From NCBI GenBank assembly GCA_965205565.1, contig CBDBID010000043.1, forward strand, positions 135,997-199,996: a stretch of DNA of 64,000 nt. The letters run 5' to 3'. Shown piece after piece: positions 20,409-30,388 of this stretch. Position 1 is the first letter of the stretch. Each line of letters begins with the position of its first letter. Both the position numbers and the translations under genes were made by a program. Under the pieces are notes generated by a model, which searched no databases, was not told the origin of the DNA, and saw only the letters and a program-made list of their open reading frames with translations. The DNA is from Acidobacteriota bacterium. GTDB lineage: Bacteria; Acidobacteriota; UBA6911; RPQK01; CBDBID01.

Positions 20409-21767
20409 TCAGGTGGTACCCACCGGTGGAAGCAGCGAAGGGGTCGCTGAGGTGGGTTTTTCGGGCCAAGCAGCCGGAATCAGTCCGAACAGGCCCTTAA
20501 GACGCTTGAACAGCGACAAAATCAGTAGCATTAGGGCGCAAATCCGCCCCTGCAGACCCCGCGGCGTTCCCACACCCAGGCTCTGACGCATCAGCATCCC
20601 CAGATTGAAGGCGCTCACCTGGATCAGCAGTCGCTTCAACACATTCTCATGTCCCCGTACATGCAGCCGTCTCATCCCTCCGCTCCCGTACAGATGCGCA
20701 CAGGGTCGCTCCAGCTGCTCTCCTCGTTGCTGCAGCAGCCGCTGCTGCAGCTCTCCCCGGATGCGCCGCCGATTCGCATACACCGCTTCCTGCCCCTGCC
20801 GGTCTCCTCGCCAGCGTCGCTTCCCTCGCCTCGGTTCGCTCACATAGCTGCGCAGTCCCACCGCATCCAGGTCCACCATCCGCTGCGTGCTGTGATACCC
20901 CTTGTCGGCCACCACCTCTTCGATGCCTCGTCCCTCCGGCAGCGCTTGTTCCACCTTCTCGACCGCTTCCGTCAGGGTCTTCACCATGGTCTGCGTGTCC
21001 CCTTGATCGGCTCCCTGTACCGTCACCGAGACAATCGCTCCGGTCTCCAGATCCACTGCATGCTCCGCCTTGTGCGCCAGGTGCGTCCGCCCGTCCTTCA
21101 TTCTGGTAATCCGCGCATCCGCATCATGCGGGTGCTTCCAAACCCGGTTCGATCCTTTGCCCGTGCGCTTGCGGTCCAGTTTGGCCAGATCTTCCCGTCG
21201 CGGCGTCTCAATCCCGGAGGCTTTCGCCAGCTCCATCAAAAACTCTTCATACCCCTGCTCGCTGTCCCGGCGCACGATGCTGCGCAGCGCTGCATTCGCT
21301 TCCAGCGTAGTGGCATCGATGCCGATCGTCTTGCCCCGCAGCAGGCCGCTCGCCCCGATCCGCTTCAGTACCCAGTCAAAGACTGCTTCGTGGGTAGCCA
21401 CATCGATCAGTCGCCGGGTTCGGGAGATCGTGGAGTGATCAGACGGCGACTCGCTCAGTTTCAATCCCAGAAACTCTCGCAGTGCCAGAGAATCAGCTGC
21501 TCTCCAGGCTATTCCTCGTTCCGATCCGATCCCTTCGAAATACCCCACCAGCAGCAGCCGAAAGTACACTCCCGGAGCCAGGCTCGGTCGCCCCATCTTG
21601 TCTGCATAGAACTTCGCACACAGTCCCTCCACGAAGTCGTCAAAACCGTGTTCGTTGAAAAGGCCATTCAGTCTTTCGTAGAAGGGATGGCCGGCGGTGC
21701 GGGGCAGCTCACTGGTGGCGACCCACAGGTCTTCTTGCTGTCGACGTTTCTTTTTCCCCATTGCCAT
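20409..21767 (-). CDS. DDE transposase, IS5/IS1182-like family
   Basis: MAMGKKKRRQQEDLW...FYRLLLVGYFEGIGSERGIAWRAADSLALREFLG N-terminal block. DDE region IGIDATTLEANA...VVADKGYHS. Confidence 0.7.
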   Translation of the reverse strand: MAMGKKKRRQQEDLWVATSELPRTAGHPFYERLNGLFNEHGFDDFVEGLCAKFYADKMGRPSLAPGVYFRLLLVGYFEGIGSERGIAWRAADSLALREFLGLKLSESPSDHSTISRTRRLIDVATHEAVFDWVLKRIGASGLLRGKTIGIDATTLEANAALRSIVRRDSEQGYEEFLMELAKASGIETPRREDLAKLDRKRTGKGSNRVWKHPHDADARITRMKDGRTHLAHKAEHAVDLETGAIVSVTVQGADQGDTQTMVKTLTEAVEKVEQALPEGRGIEEVVADKGYHSTQRMVDLDAVGLRSYVSEPRRGKRRWRGDRQGQEAVYANRRRIRGELQQRLLQQRGEQLERPCAHLYGSGGMRRLHVRGHENVLKRLLIQVSAFNLGMLMRQSLGVGTPRGLQGRICALMLLILSLFKRLKGLFGLIPAAWPEKPTSATPSLLPPVGTT

Positions 21768-21830
21768 GGGGGCACGTCTAGTGTCGCTGTGTGACCCCTT
21801 ATCCTCGACTTTCACCACGGGCTGCTAGAG
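20409..21830 (-). mobile_element. IS5/IS1182-like insertion sequence. The boundaries are approximate. The candidate terminal inverted repeats are an AAGGGGTC core near 20436 and near 21805.
   Basis: A single long DDE transposase ORF. The inverted-repeat match is short, so the ends are tentative. Confidence 0.5.
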
Positions 21831-22096
21831 CCATCCGGCGCAGGAAACTTCGTTGATTCGGTGGTTCTTTCACGATCAGACTCCTCCCCGTTCGGCGACA
21901 GCGTCCGGATAGATTTCCTGGATACCGATGTCGGGACCGGCGCCGGCGGATGGGCAAAACCTATCAGCCCTGAAGCGGAGGGACAAGTGTTCAAATCCCT
22001 CTATCGTTTGCTGTCCGGAAAGCTGGATTTCTCCGTTAGAAAACTGGAAGAAAACCAGGTAAGGTTAAAGGACCCCCGGGGGGAAAGGAGGTTTTC

Positions 22097-22868
22097 ATGC
22101 CAATAGAAGCCAATGTTTCCAGACGACTGTTCCTGGGAGTGCTTGCAGGGTCCGAGATGAATTGGCGGGCGCTGGTATCGGGGACCGATGAGAAAGAGAA
22201 GTTGCCAGTCATTCCCAAGCGTCTCGAAAGGGCGTTCCGCGCTCCTGGTGAGATGCCCAACGGGTTGCAAGCGGTCAGTGACGGCCTGTGGATCCTCGAT
22301 CAGGTGGATCCAAACAAGGCGTACAAGGTACGTACGGTACAAGGATGGATCAATACTGAAGGAAATTCAGACCGAGTCAACTCACGGCAGCGGCATCACC
22401 TATGGCGACGGAGCCCTTTGGGTCGCTTCGACTTTTGGTCTCAAGACATTGAAGGTGCACCCCGAAACCGGGAGAACTGTTGCTTCGTTTGACACCCCCG
22501 GAGTCGGACAGCCGCGCCCGGGTAAGCGACTAACCGGTGCCCACGGCCTCGAATGGGTGGACGACAAGTACTGGATCGCAGTGCCACCTTCGGTCACCAT
22601 CTATCAGGTCGAACCGGACACAGGTAAGGTCGTGCACAGCATTCCGGCGCCGGGAACGCGGCCACATGGGATGACCTGGCACAAGGGCTACCTTTGGTGC
22701 GTGGAAAGCAACGACCGGGCCATCTACAAGATGGATCCGTTAAATGGGAAGCTGTTGGCCAAGATCCAATTGAGCCAGGAGGATCCAGAACCCCACGGTA
22801 TGAGCATATGGGAGGGGGTGACCTGGCACAGTGATGCTCGCAGCGGCTGGGTCTGCCGGCTGGTCTAG
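22097..22868 (+). CDS. Glutamine cyclotransferase-like beta-propeller protein (TAT/Sec signal). It is frameshifted in the gtacgtacggtac repeat at about 22321-22345.
   Basis: SRRLFLGVLAGS signal. Repeated blades NGLQAVSDGLWILDQ, GSGITYGDGALWVAS, HGLEWVDDKYWIAV, PHGMTWHKGYLWCVE, PHGMSIWEGVTWH. The ORFs 22097..22492 and 22188..22868 overlap in different frames. Confidence 0.5.
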
Positions 22869-22893
22869 GCTCCTAGGCTCCATCCCTCAGTCT

Positions 22894-23952
22894 TCAACTT
22901 ATTCCTTTATGGTCGGCATCTTCTGCCAGCGTCCGGGCCTCTATCGATGGAACAGCCCAACGCACGACGCCCATGTGGTATCGCCGGTGCTGGGGGATGC
23001 GGTTGGCGTAGTAGGCGGTCAGTAGAGCCCCGTCGGAAAACTGCACGGTTGCCGGATAGCCTCCATCCGTAGTTTCCTCGAGGTTGACGATCCGGGTGGG
23101 AGCCTTCCAGGTGCGGCCCTCGTCTTCGCTGATTCGGTAACCGATCCCGTGATGGCCCTTTTTGCGAATGCCGTAGGTGAGCAGGATGCGCCCATCCGCT
23201 AACTGGAGAAGATGGGCAGGGTGATGCCCGGGAAGGGCCAGAAGGCCGGACTCGGACCAACTCTGCCCTTCGTTTTCGGAAACGAACAGAGCCAAATGGG
23301 CGTTCTCATGGGTTCGCGCTGCAGCCAGCCACCGATCGGATCGCAGCCGCAGCAAAGCGGTTTCATTGTAATTCGCCGGCGCCAGGATAACGGCATTTCC
23401 CCAGGTTCGCCCATCATCTGGACTGAGCAGCAAATATGCCGTCGCCGCCGTTTGCGTCTCGTGATAGAAGCTCGCGGCCAGCTGCTCGCCGGGTAGCCGG
23501 ACAATGTCTCCAAAAGGAATCAAGAAATCGAGTTTCGCCGGTAGCCTGACCGAGTAGGACCGAAGCCAGGTGCGCCCGCCGTCGGAAGATCGAGACACCA
23601 TGACGGGCAGAATCTTTTCCCGGAAGTCCTTGCCTCCCCACCCGGAAGCCAGCACCACCAGCGACCCGTCGTGCGCCCTTCCTGCCGCTACGTTCATCCG
23701 GTTGCTTCCCGGTTCATGAAGGGCCGGAGTTCCTCGCAATTTCCAGAGTCGCCCGTTCTCGCTGGCCCAGCATTCCACATCACCGACGCCCCTTCCGTGA
23801 TAGGGCTGATTGAAGATGGTGGCTATGATAGTGCCGTCGTCCATCGACGTCAGATTAGGCCAGGCGCAGACGTTGTCGATGGCCACGTAACGTTCCGGGC
23901 TGGGGGTGACCGTGCTTAGGGAAAGCCACGATAAAAAACCGCAGATAATCAT
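22894..23952 (-). CDS. BNR-repeat sialidase-like glycoside hydrolase (GH33-like), secreted
   Basis: Four S-x-D-x-G-x-T/S-W BNR motifs: SSDGGRTW, SPDDGRTW, SENEGQSW, SEDEGRTW. Signal peptide MIICGFLSWLSLSTV. Confidence 0.7.
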   Translation of the reverse strand: MIICGFLSWLSLSTVTPSPERYVAIDNVCAWPNLTSMDDGTIIATIFNQPYHGRGVGDVECWASENGRLWKLRGTPALHEPGSNRMNVAAGRAHDGSLVVLASGWGGKDFREKILPVMVSRSSDGGRTWLRSYSVRLPAKLDFLIPFGDIVRLPGEQLAASFYHETQTAATAYLLLSPDDGRTWGNAVILAPANYNETALLRLRSDRWLAAARTHENAHLALFVSENEGQSWSESGLLALPGHHPAHLLQLADGRILLTYGIRKKGHHGIGYRISEDEGRTWKAPTRIVNLEETTDGGYPATVQFSDGALLTAYYANRIPQHRRYHMGVVRWAVPSIEARTLAEDADHKGIS

Positions 23953-24257
23953 TCTGGCTGGATAAGGCCAACCGCATCTCGATCGCACGAGTGCTTCCCT
24001 TGCGAAGTTCCCGATATACCCTGAGTGACTCACTCCTCCGATGATGAATCCTGACACACGTATACCAGTAAACGCCAACCTAAAGTAGACTCACTGACCG
24101 GGGGGCCCATGGTCTTGTGTTTTCACATAGAGGCCAGGTAAAGTGCCGATAGTTGGTCAGAAAAACTCATTCGCAACCCCACGGCTACGGATGAGCATTA
24201 TGCGTCACAAGTGATCCGTCATTTTGTGTACGCTCGAGGCTTCAAGGGGACGGTAAG

Positions 24258-26552
24258 ATGCGAAGGGATCAGTCTTATTTCAAGACTTGTTTGGCGCTGT
24301 TGGCGCTCATGGGTCTGGGCTCCTGCCTGCTCTCGGGCTTCTCGCAATCCGAGGCGACACTCGAGGAATCAGCGAGAGCGATATTGGCCCGCGATTGCCT
24401 GGCCTGTCACGGAGAGGCTCAAACCGCCGGCTTGGACATGCGAAAAAGGGAGACTCTATTGAAGGGAGGCAAAAGGGGGCCGGCAGTGGTCCCCGGGAAG
24501 CCCGAAGAAAGCATTCTGTTCCTGGCATCTGCCCACTCCGGAGAATTAAAGATGCCGCCCGAAGCAGGGCCCATGTCCGCAGCCGATCTCGAAGTTCTGC
24601 AGGAATGGATTAATCGAGAAGATTTGTGGAAGAAGCGGACTGAATTTGCTCATTTTAGTGAAGCTGAGAAATCGTTTTGGTCGTTCCAACCGATCCGGGA
24701 TCCGAATCCGCCGGAGGTGAGGGCGAGTGATTGGTCAAAATCTCCATTGGATGGTTTTATTCTAGCCCGGTTAGAAGAGAAGGGGCTTTCGCCAGCGCCG
24801 CCGGCCGATAGGCTGACCCTGATTCGGCGGGCGAGCTTTGATCTGACCGGCTTACCGCCGACTCCGGAGGAGATCGATGCTTTCTTGGCCGATGAGTCGC
24901 CGGAGGCATTTGCCAATTTGGTGGACCGACTGCTGGACTCGCCGCACTACGGAGAGCGATGGGCCCAAATGTGGCTTGACACGGTGCGATACGCCGACAC
25001 CGCCGGCATTGACAACGCCATCTATCGTTTCGCCTACCGTTACCGGGATTACGTGGTACGCGCCTTCAACGATGACAAACCCTACAATCGGTTCATAATT
25101 GAGCAACTGGCTGGTGACTTACTGCCGCCCATCAGGGATCTAGATCTGGTCGCCCAACAGATCACTGCCACCACTTTTTTGATGCTGGGAACCAAGGGGA
25201 CAGCAGAACAGGACAAAGAAGCGCTCATCATGGGGATCGTCGATGAGCAAATCGACACAACGAGCAGGACCTTTCTGGGACTGACCGTGGCCTGCGCCCG
25301 CTGTCACGACCACAAGTTCGATCCCGTTCCCACACGCGACTACTACTCGATGGCCGGGATTTTCAGGAGCACGGAGTTGTTAAAGGATCACGAACACACC
25401 TCCATGTGGTGGGAATACTCCTTACTGCAGATTCCCGGGCAGGAACCCGTGCACGTCATGGCGCCCCGAGACGGGAAACCTGCCGATCTGCGGGTGCATA
25501 TCCGCGGCAGCCATCGCAGCCTGGGCGAAGAGGCCCCGCGTGGCTTTCTGCAGATCATCTCGAGGGAGGAGAGCTATCCGAAAATTGCCAGCAACGAAAG
25601 CGGTCGGCTCGAGTTGGCCGAATGGATCGCCAGTCCCGAGAATCCTCTGACAGCGCGGGTGATGGCCAACCGGATCTGGCAGGGCCATTTTGGCGCCGGA
25701 TTAGTGGCGACCAGTAGCAACTTTGGATCGAAGGGGGAAAACCCGTCGCACCCGGAGCTCTTGGACTGGCTGGCCTCCCGGTTTATTGAGAGTGGGTGGT
25801 CGATCAAAGCCATGCACCGGCTCATCCTGCTTTCCAATACTTATCAGATGCAGAGCACGCCCCGGGGAAAGGGACTCGCAGTGGATCCCAACAATCGGTT
25901 CCTGTGGCGCATGAACCGACGCCGCATGGATGCCGAGCAGCTGCGGGATTCGATTCTGGCGATCAGCGGTCAGCTGGATCGGACGATCGGGGGGACGATC
26001 TTCGACTGGGACTATAAGGTCGCGGCAATCGATCCGGAACGGGGACTCTATTTCGCTGCCAGAGCCGGACAGGGGTACGAAAGCTACAAGACCCAGCGGC
26101 GCGCCATGTATGTGCCGGTCGTCCGGAATCAATTGCCGGATATGTTTCAGATATTTGACTTTCCCTCTCGGAACAATTCGACTGCGAAGCGCAATGACAC
26201 GACGGTTGCACCGCAAGCGCTGTTTCTGATGAACAATCCCTTTGTAAGGGAGCAGTCGTTGCACTTCGCCCAGCAGTTGCTCAGTGGAATTTCCGAGCAT
26301 CCGCTCATCAAACCGATTTACAGACTTGGCTTGTCGGAGGTCACGGACGAACATCGGCTGCGACTGGCCCATGTGAAAGTCCTGGGACGGCCTCCCAAGC
26401 CGGAGGAACTGATGGAAGCAACGAACTTTCTGAGCGAGTACAACAGGCACCTCAAGTCAGCCGGACGCTCGGAAGAGGAGACCCAGTTGGAGGCCTGGCG
26501 GAACTACTGCCAGACATTGTTCTGCCTGAATGAATTTCTCTATATACACTAA
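24258..26552 (+). CDS. PSCyt1/DUF1549/DUF1553 protein (Planctomycete cytochrome c plus PSD domains)
   Basis: CLACHG heme-binding-like motif, FDLTGLPPTPEEIDAFL (DUF1549), CARCHDHKFDP (DUF1553), and a signal peptide. Confidence 0.8.
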   Translation: MRRDQSYFKTCLALLALMGLGSCLLSGFSQSEATLEESARAILARDCLACHGEAQTAGLDMRKRETLLKGGKRGPAVVPGKPEESILFLASAHSGELKMPPEAGPMSAADLEVLQEWINREDLWKKRTEFAHFSEAEKSFWSFQPIRDPNPPEVRASDWSKSPLDGFILARLEEKGLSPAPPADRLTLIRRASFDLTGLPPTPEEIDAFLADESPEAFANLVDRLLDSPHYGERWAQMWLDTVRYADTAGIDNAIYRFAYRYRDYVVRAFNDDKPYNRFIIEQLAGDLLPPIRDLDLVAQQITATTFLMLGTKGTAEQDKEALIMGIVDEQIDTTSRTFLGLTVACARCHDHKFDPVPTRDYYSMAGIFRSTELLKDHEHTSMWWEYSLLQIPGQEPVHVMAPRDGKPADLRVHIRGSHRSLGEEAPRGFLQIISREESYPKIASNESGRLELAEWIASPENPLTARVMANRIWQGHFGAGLVATSSNFGSKGENPSHPELLDWLASRFIESGWSIKAMHRLILLSNTYQMQSTPRGKGLAVDPNNRFLWRMNRRRMDAEQLRDSILAISGQLDRTIGGTIFDWDYKVAAIDPERGLYFAARAGQGYESYKTQRRAMYVPVVRNQLPDMFQIFDFPSRNNSTAKRNDTTVAPQALFLMNNPFVREQSLHFAQQLLSGISEHPLIKPIYRLGLSEVTDEHRLRLAHVKVLGRPPKPEELMEATNFLSEYNRHLKSAGRSEEETQLEAWRNYCQTLFCLNEFLYIH

Positions 26553-26652
26553 GAAGGCACAGATCTATTCAAGCGCTGTCCTTGGAATTTGACTCGGTCC
26601 GGGGTCGGAGCGGGGTTTTCGAATAGATTTATGGGAAAAGGACCAACGCATC

Positions 26653-27345
26653 ATGACCCAAGCACTCTCAGCGGCGGATCTCGAGGCTTTGCAACGATTC
26701 GATACGGCCACCGTTTCGAACGCCATCGAGCACTTTAAGGTTCGTGACCGTACGGTTGGTTACTCCTCCAACGAGCTGATCTGCCAGTTTCCGGCACTCA
26801 AGCCCATGGTCGGATACGCCGTGACCGCCACCAAAGACACCACCCGGCCAGGCGATATCCGGCCCTCCCGAGTGGTCGATCTGGTTAACTTGATCTCCCA
26901 GTCGACCAAACCGAGCGTCCTCGTCATCCAGTATGTGGGAGATGACCGCAGACGCAGCTGCTTCGTAGGGGACATGTCGTGCCTGATGCTGGATCGACTC
27001 GGCGGAGTAGGTGTGGTGATGGATGGCAACGCCCGGGATCGAGCCGGCATCCGAGAAAGAACTCCTCATTTCCAGATGTTCTGTCCCGGCTGGGTAGCCT
27101 CCCACGGTTACGGCTGCTACCTCGACTTCAACGTGCCCGTCTCCATTTGTGGATTGGACATTCGGCCGGGCGATCTGTTGCATGGGGATGCAAACGGGCT
27201 GATCACGATTCCTCATGAAATCGCCCCTGAAGTAGCGCAACAGGCGCAGGTGGTGTGCAACGTGGAAGGGCAATTCTTCAAGCTTCTCCAGACCGATCCC
27301 TTGGACATGGAGGGACTGAGACGCCGGATCGGTCCAGGCCACTAG
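26653..27345 (+). CDS. RraA-like protein (RraA / 4-hydroxy-4-methyl-2-oxoglutarate aldolase family)
   Basis: Length about 230 aa. Blocks GYAVTATKD, VLVIQYVGD...CFVGD, GVVMDGNARD. Confidence 0.55.
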   Translation: MTQALSAADLEALQRFDTATVSNAIEHFKVRDRTVGYSSNELICQFPALKPMVGYAVTATKDTTRPGDIRPSRVVDLVNLISQSTKPSVLVIQYVGDDRRRSCFVGDMSCLMLDRLGGVGVVMDGNARDRAGIRERTPHFQMFCPGWVASHGYGCYLDFNVPVSICGLDIRPGDLLHGDANGLITIPHEIAPEVAQQAQVVCNVEGQFFKLLQTDPLDMEGLRRRIGPGH

Positions 27346-27462
27346 GGTGGAGGGGAAAAAGAAACTCTGGGAGGCAATCCAGACCGTGCCCGGCCACCTT
27401 CTGAAAATTTGGATTTGACTAAACTCTTGCACTGAAGTAGCAATCGGTGCTGGGAAGGCGGC

Positions 27463-28329
27463 ATGGAATTCAGGTATGCGGCGAAAAATCATGGCCTTGA
27501 AAAGATCGGGTTCAACATCCTCGAGAAACCGGCGAAGACTTGCGATGTAGCACTGCAAGTCGGGTACACTGGAATCGAGATTAAGGGCCAGCCAGACAGG
27601 ATCCCACCGAAGCTTGCTAAGCAAGTGGCTGCGGCAGCAAGGTCCGCGGGCGTCAGTGTCCCCGCGGTCGGCGGGGCATGGGGCGCCTGGGACGCCGGGG
27701 AAGAACGGGACCTCGGCTCGAGCAACGAGTCGGTCAGACGGCAAGCCCTCGACTACGCCGCAAGGTGCATCGACTTGGCGGCAAATCTGGGCGCGCCGGT
27801 CTTCGAAATCTGCTGCGCTCCTTTCAAGCAGGAATACCCTTACTGCAGCCGTCCGCTCGATGAAGTTCGAGCGCACTTCATCGAAACCATGGGCGAGATG
27901 TGCTCGTATGCGGCTGGCCAAGGCGTAGCCATCGCGATCGAGCCCATCAACCGGTTTGAGGGCTATCCAGGGTTCATGAATGACGTGGAGGACGCTATGA
28001 GCGTCGTGGAAGAGATGAATCTCGACAACCTTGGCGTCTTAGTGGACTTTTTTCATGCCAACATTGAGGATGTATCAGTCGCCGGGGCGATCAGAAGGGT
28101 CGGTAAGAGCCTCATGAACATACACCTTTCCGATAGCAATCGTGACCTCCCCGGCACAGGGCACATTGACTTCGTTGCGGCCGTGCGAGAGCTCGGGGAA
28201 ATTGACTATCAGGGACACATGTCGATGGGCTTTCTTCCGTCGAGACCAGACACACACAAGCTGCGCGAGTCATTGCTCGAAAAGGCGGTCCCCTTCATGA
28301 GGGAACAGGAGCGCGCGGCTGCGTCGTAG
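27463..28329 (+). CDS. Xylose-isomerase-like TIM-barrel protein (sugar phosphate isomerase/epimerase)
   Basis: GYTGIEIKG, IEPINRFE, LVDFFHANIED and HLSDSNRDLPGTGHIDF metal-site motifs. Confidence 0.65.
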   Translation: MEFRYAAKNHGLEKIGFNILEKPAKTCDVALQVGYTGIEIKGQPDRIPPKLAKQVAAAARSAGVSVPAVGGAWGAWDAGEERDLGSSNESVRRQALDYAARCIDLAANLGAPVFEICCAPFKQEYPYCSRPLDEVRAHFIETMGEMCSYAAGQGVAIAIEPINRFEGYPGFMNDVEDAMSVVEEMNLDNLGVLVDFFHANIEDVSVAGAIRRVGKSLMNIHLSDSNRDLPGTGHIDFVAAVRELGEIDYQGHMSMGFLPSRPDTHKLRESLLEKAVPFMREQERAAAS

Positions 28330-28642
28330 ACGAAGGTGCAGCGGTCTGCGTAGCCCTCTCTCTCGCCCTGGCCCCAGCCTTAAGACCCGTTGACGGGAAG
28401 CGCAGGCGCGACAATCGCCTGGCCAGCGACTCATGAAGACCCAGGTCAACGGAGACCCCTATCGCCTGCGTCCCGAAGACGTACAAACCCCGCCCCAAAC
28501 CCTGGCTGGAATTTTTCGCCGGATTGGGCCCGGGCTGATCCTGGCGTAGGGTCAATCCAGCCCAAGTGTAAGTCTCTCTTGTAGCAACAGGTGCTCTCTG
28601 AGCCGCTTTAGGTTCAGGCGTGAAGATGGCAGATCAGCCAGA

Positions 28643-30154
28643 TTAGTTTATCTCGCCAGGAGTCTGGTCCGCGATCAGATCGGTGAGATAGATTGTGTTG
28701 GTTTGTCTACTAATGACGAAGAGCCGGCCCTTTTCGTCGACGCCAAAACGGGCATCACTCCGGTGCTTACCAATCAGATCACCAAAGAGCCCCGCGGGAC
28801 CGCCGTCGAGACTCACCGCCATCACCCAGATCGAGGCCTGGGTATCGGCTGCATCGGCTGCCAACAAATCGTCAAAGTCGGCGTGGAAAAATGCACAACG
28901 CGCCAGATCACCAAAGATCACTTGGTTCTGAAAACTTGGATCTCCAGGATCGGAGACGACGAACCCTCCAGTGATTGCAGCGGGACCGGCTGTAGGGGTC
29001 GCTTCAGGAAGGTCGGGAATGTTGTGGTCATACACGGTGGCGGGAAATTCGAGCGTGGAACCTGGCGGCAGGTTTAGTACCGTGTTTCTGTTGCCCTCTA
29101 CCGGACCATCGCGCTGCGACCAGCCGTGGTTGTCACCTAGGTCTACGATATTCACTTCTTCGAAGTCAACGGCGCCAATGTCGAACACGATCAAGCGGTG
29201 GTCGCCGCGAGCGTCCTTGGCGAAGCTGAAATTTTGGGGATAACGCAGGCCCCAAGCGAAAATCTCTTCGACGTTGTTGTCATTATCGAGTAGTGAACCG
29301 CCATCATTAAACGAATTGTCCGCGGGGACGGAATACGGGTCGCTGCCATTCTGAAGCGGGTTGATGCGCAACACCTTGCCGAACGGATTGTCCGAGTCTT
29401 GCACGTGTTGCAAGTTGGGTACAGCACCTCCGGCGGAGGCGTCGCCGAATGAGAGATAGAGATTCCCGTAGTCGGCCTGACCCGGCATGGCGAACGGGTT
29501 GAAGCTGATCTCCCCGACGGAGTGTATAGTCTCGGCCGAACCACTGAACTCAAACCTGATTACCTCGCGCCGCGACGTCGTGTCGATTCGGTTGGGATTG
29601 TTTGCATCGACAGTCCATTCGACGATGGCGTACTGGCTGATCACGTTTCCTGGCCTTGTTGCAAGCCCGGCTCCACTGTAGTCGGGGTCGCGGGCTCCCG
29701 GTACGCGACTTTTATAAATGGTGTAAAGCCTACCTTCTCCGGGAGCACCGGCTGTGCTGTACTTCGGATGGAAGGCTATGTAGGACAGCCCATTTGTGGT
29801 GAAGCCGAGAGAATTGTCAAAGTCCGGGACTGCAGCCGTGTTGAAATCCAGGAACGTTCCCAGATGGGTTCCGCTGGACGAGAAGGCATGGATCCTACCT
29901 TGGTTGGTGCTCACAAAGATTCGTCCCGATCCATCCTTGGGATGTGTCAGATCGATCGCGCTTTCCGGCAAAGAGGCTGAAGAATGCGTGGCGAAGGTAG
30001 TCAGGTGCAGCACCTTCGATGAATTTAAGGGGTCGTTAGCCTGGCCGAACACGGGAGCTGTTCCGTATGGTGTGCTAACAGCTAGCGCTGCAATCAAGGC
30101 GAGCCGAATGGGGGGGGGGTGGCGCGCTTTGCCAGTCTGATCGCAAACGTGCAT
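28643..30154 (-). CDS. PQQ-dependent sugar dehydrogenase-like beta-propeller (GSDH family), secreted
   Basis: Signal peptide after the internal Met. Blocks GLSYIAFHPKY, NPFGKVLRINP, EIFAWGLRYPQNFSF, DIGAVDFEEVNIVDLGDNHGWSQRDG. Confidence 0.55.
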   Translation of the reverse strand: MHVCDQTGKARHPPPIRLALIAALAVSTPYGTAPVFGQANDPLNSSKVLHLTTFATHSSASLPESAIDLTHPKDGSGRIFVSTNQGRIHAFSSSGTHLGTFLDFNTAAVPDFDNSLGFTTNGLSYIAFHPKYSTAGAPGEGRLYTIYKSRVPGARDPDYSGAGLATRPGNVISQYAIVEWTVDANNPNRIDTTSRREVIRFEFSGSAETIHSVGEISFNPFAMPGQADYGNLYLSFGDASAGGAVPNLQHVQDSDNPFGKVLRINPLQNGSDPYSVPADNSFNDGGSLLDNDNNVEEIFAWGLRYPQNFSFAKDARGDHRLIVFDIGAVDFEEVNIVDLGDNHGWSQRDGPVEGNRNTVLNLPPGSTLEFPATVYDHNIPDLPEATPTAGPAAITGGFVVSDPGDPSFQNQVIFGDLARCAFFHADFDDLLAADAADTQASIWVMAVSLDGGPAGLFGDLIGKHRSDARFGVDEKGRLFVISRQTNTIYLTDLIADQTPGEIN

Positions 30155-30388
30155 CTTTGCTTTTTCCTGATGAGAGGTTACCCGTCGGCGCCTGGATTTT
30201 CCATTGGATTCTCGTCCGGTACCCGTCCAAGTGACCCTTTGCACAAGGTGACCTTCCCCCCCTGGGATGACCACAGGGGGAGGTTTTTTAAAGCTGGAGG
30301 AGAGCCGGTCATGGCGCCGGCGCCTATCGGGTGAAGAGATCCGCAAGCCAATATACGATCGAGGAAATTTGGCGCAAGGCCTACTCCT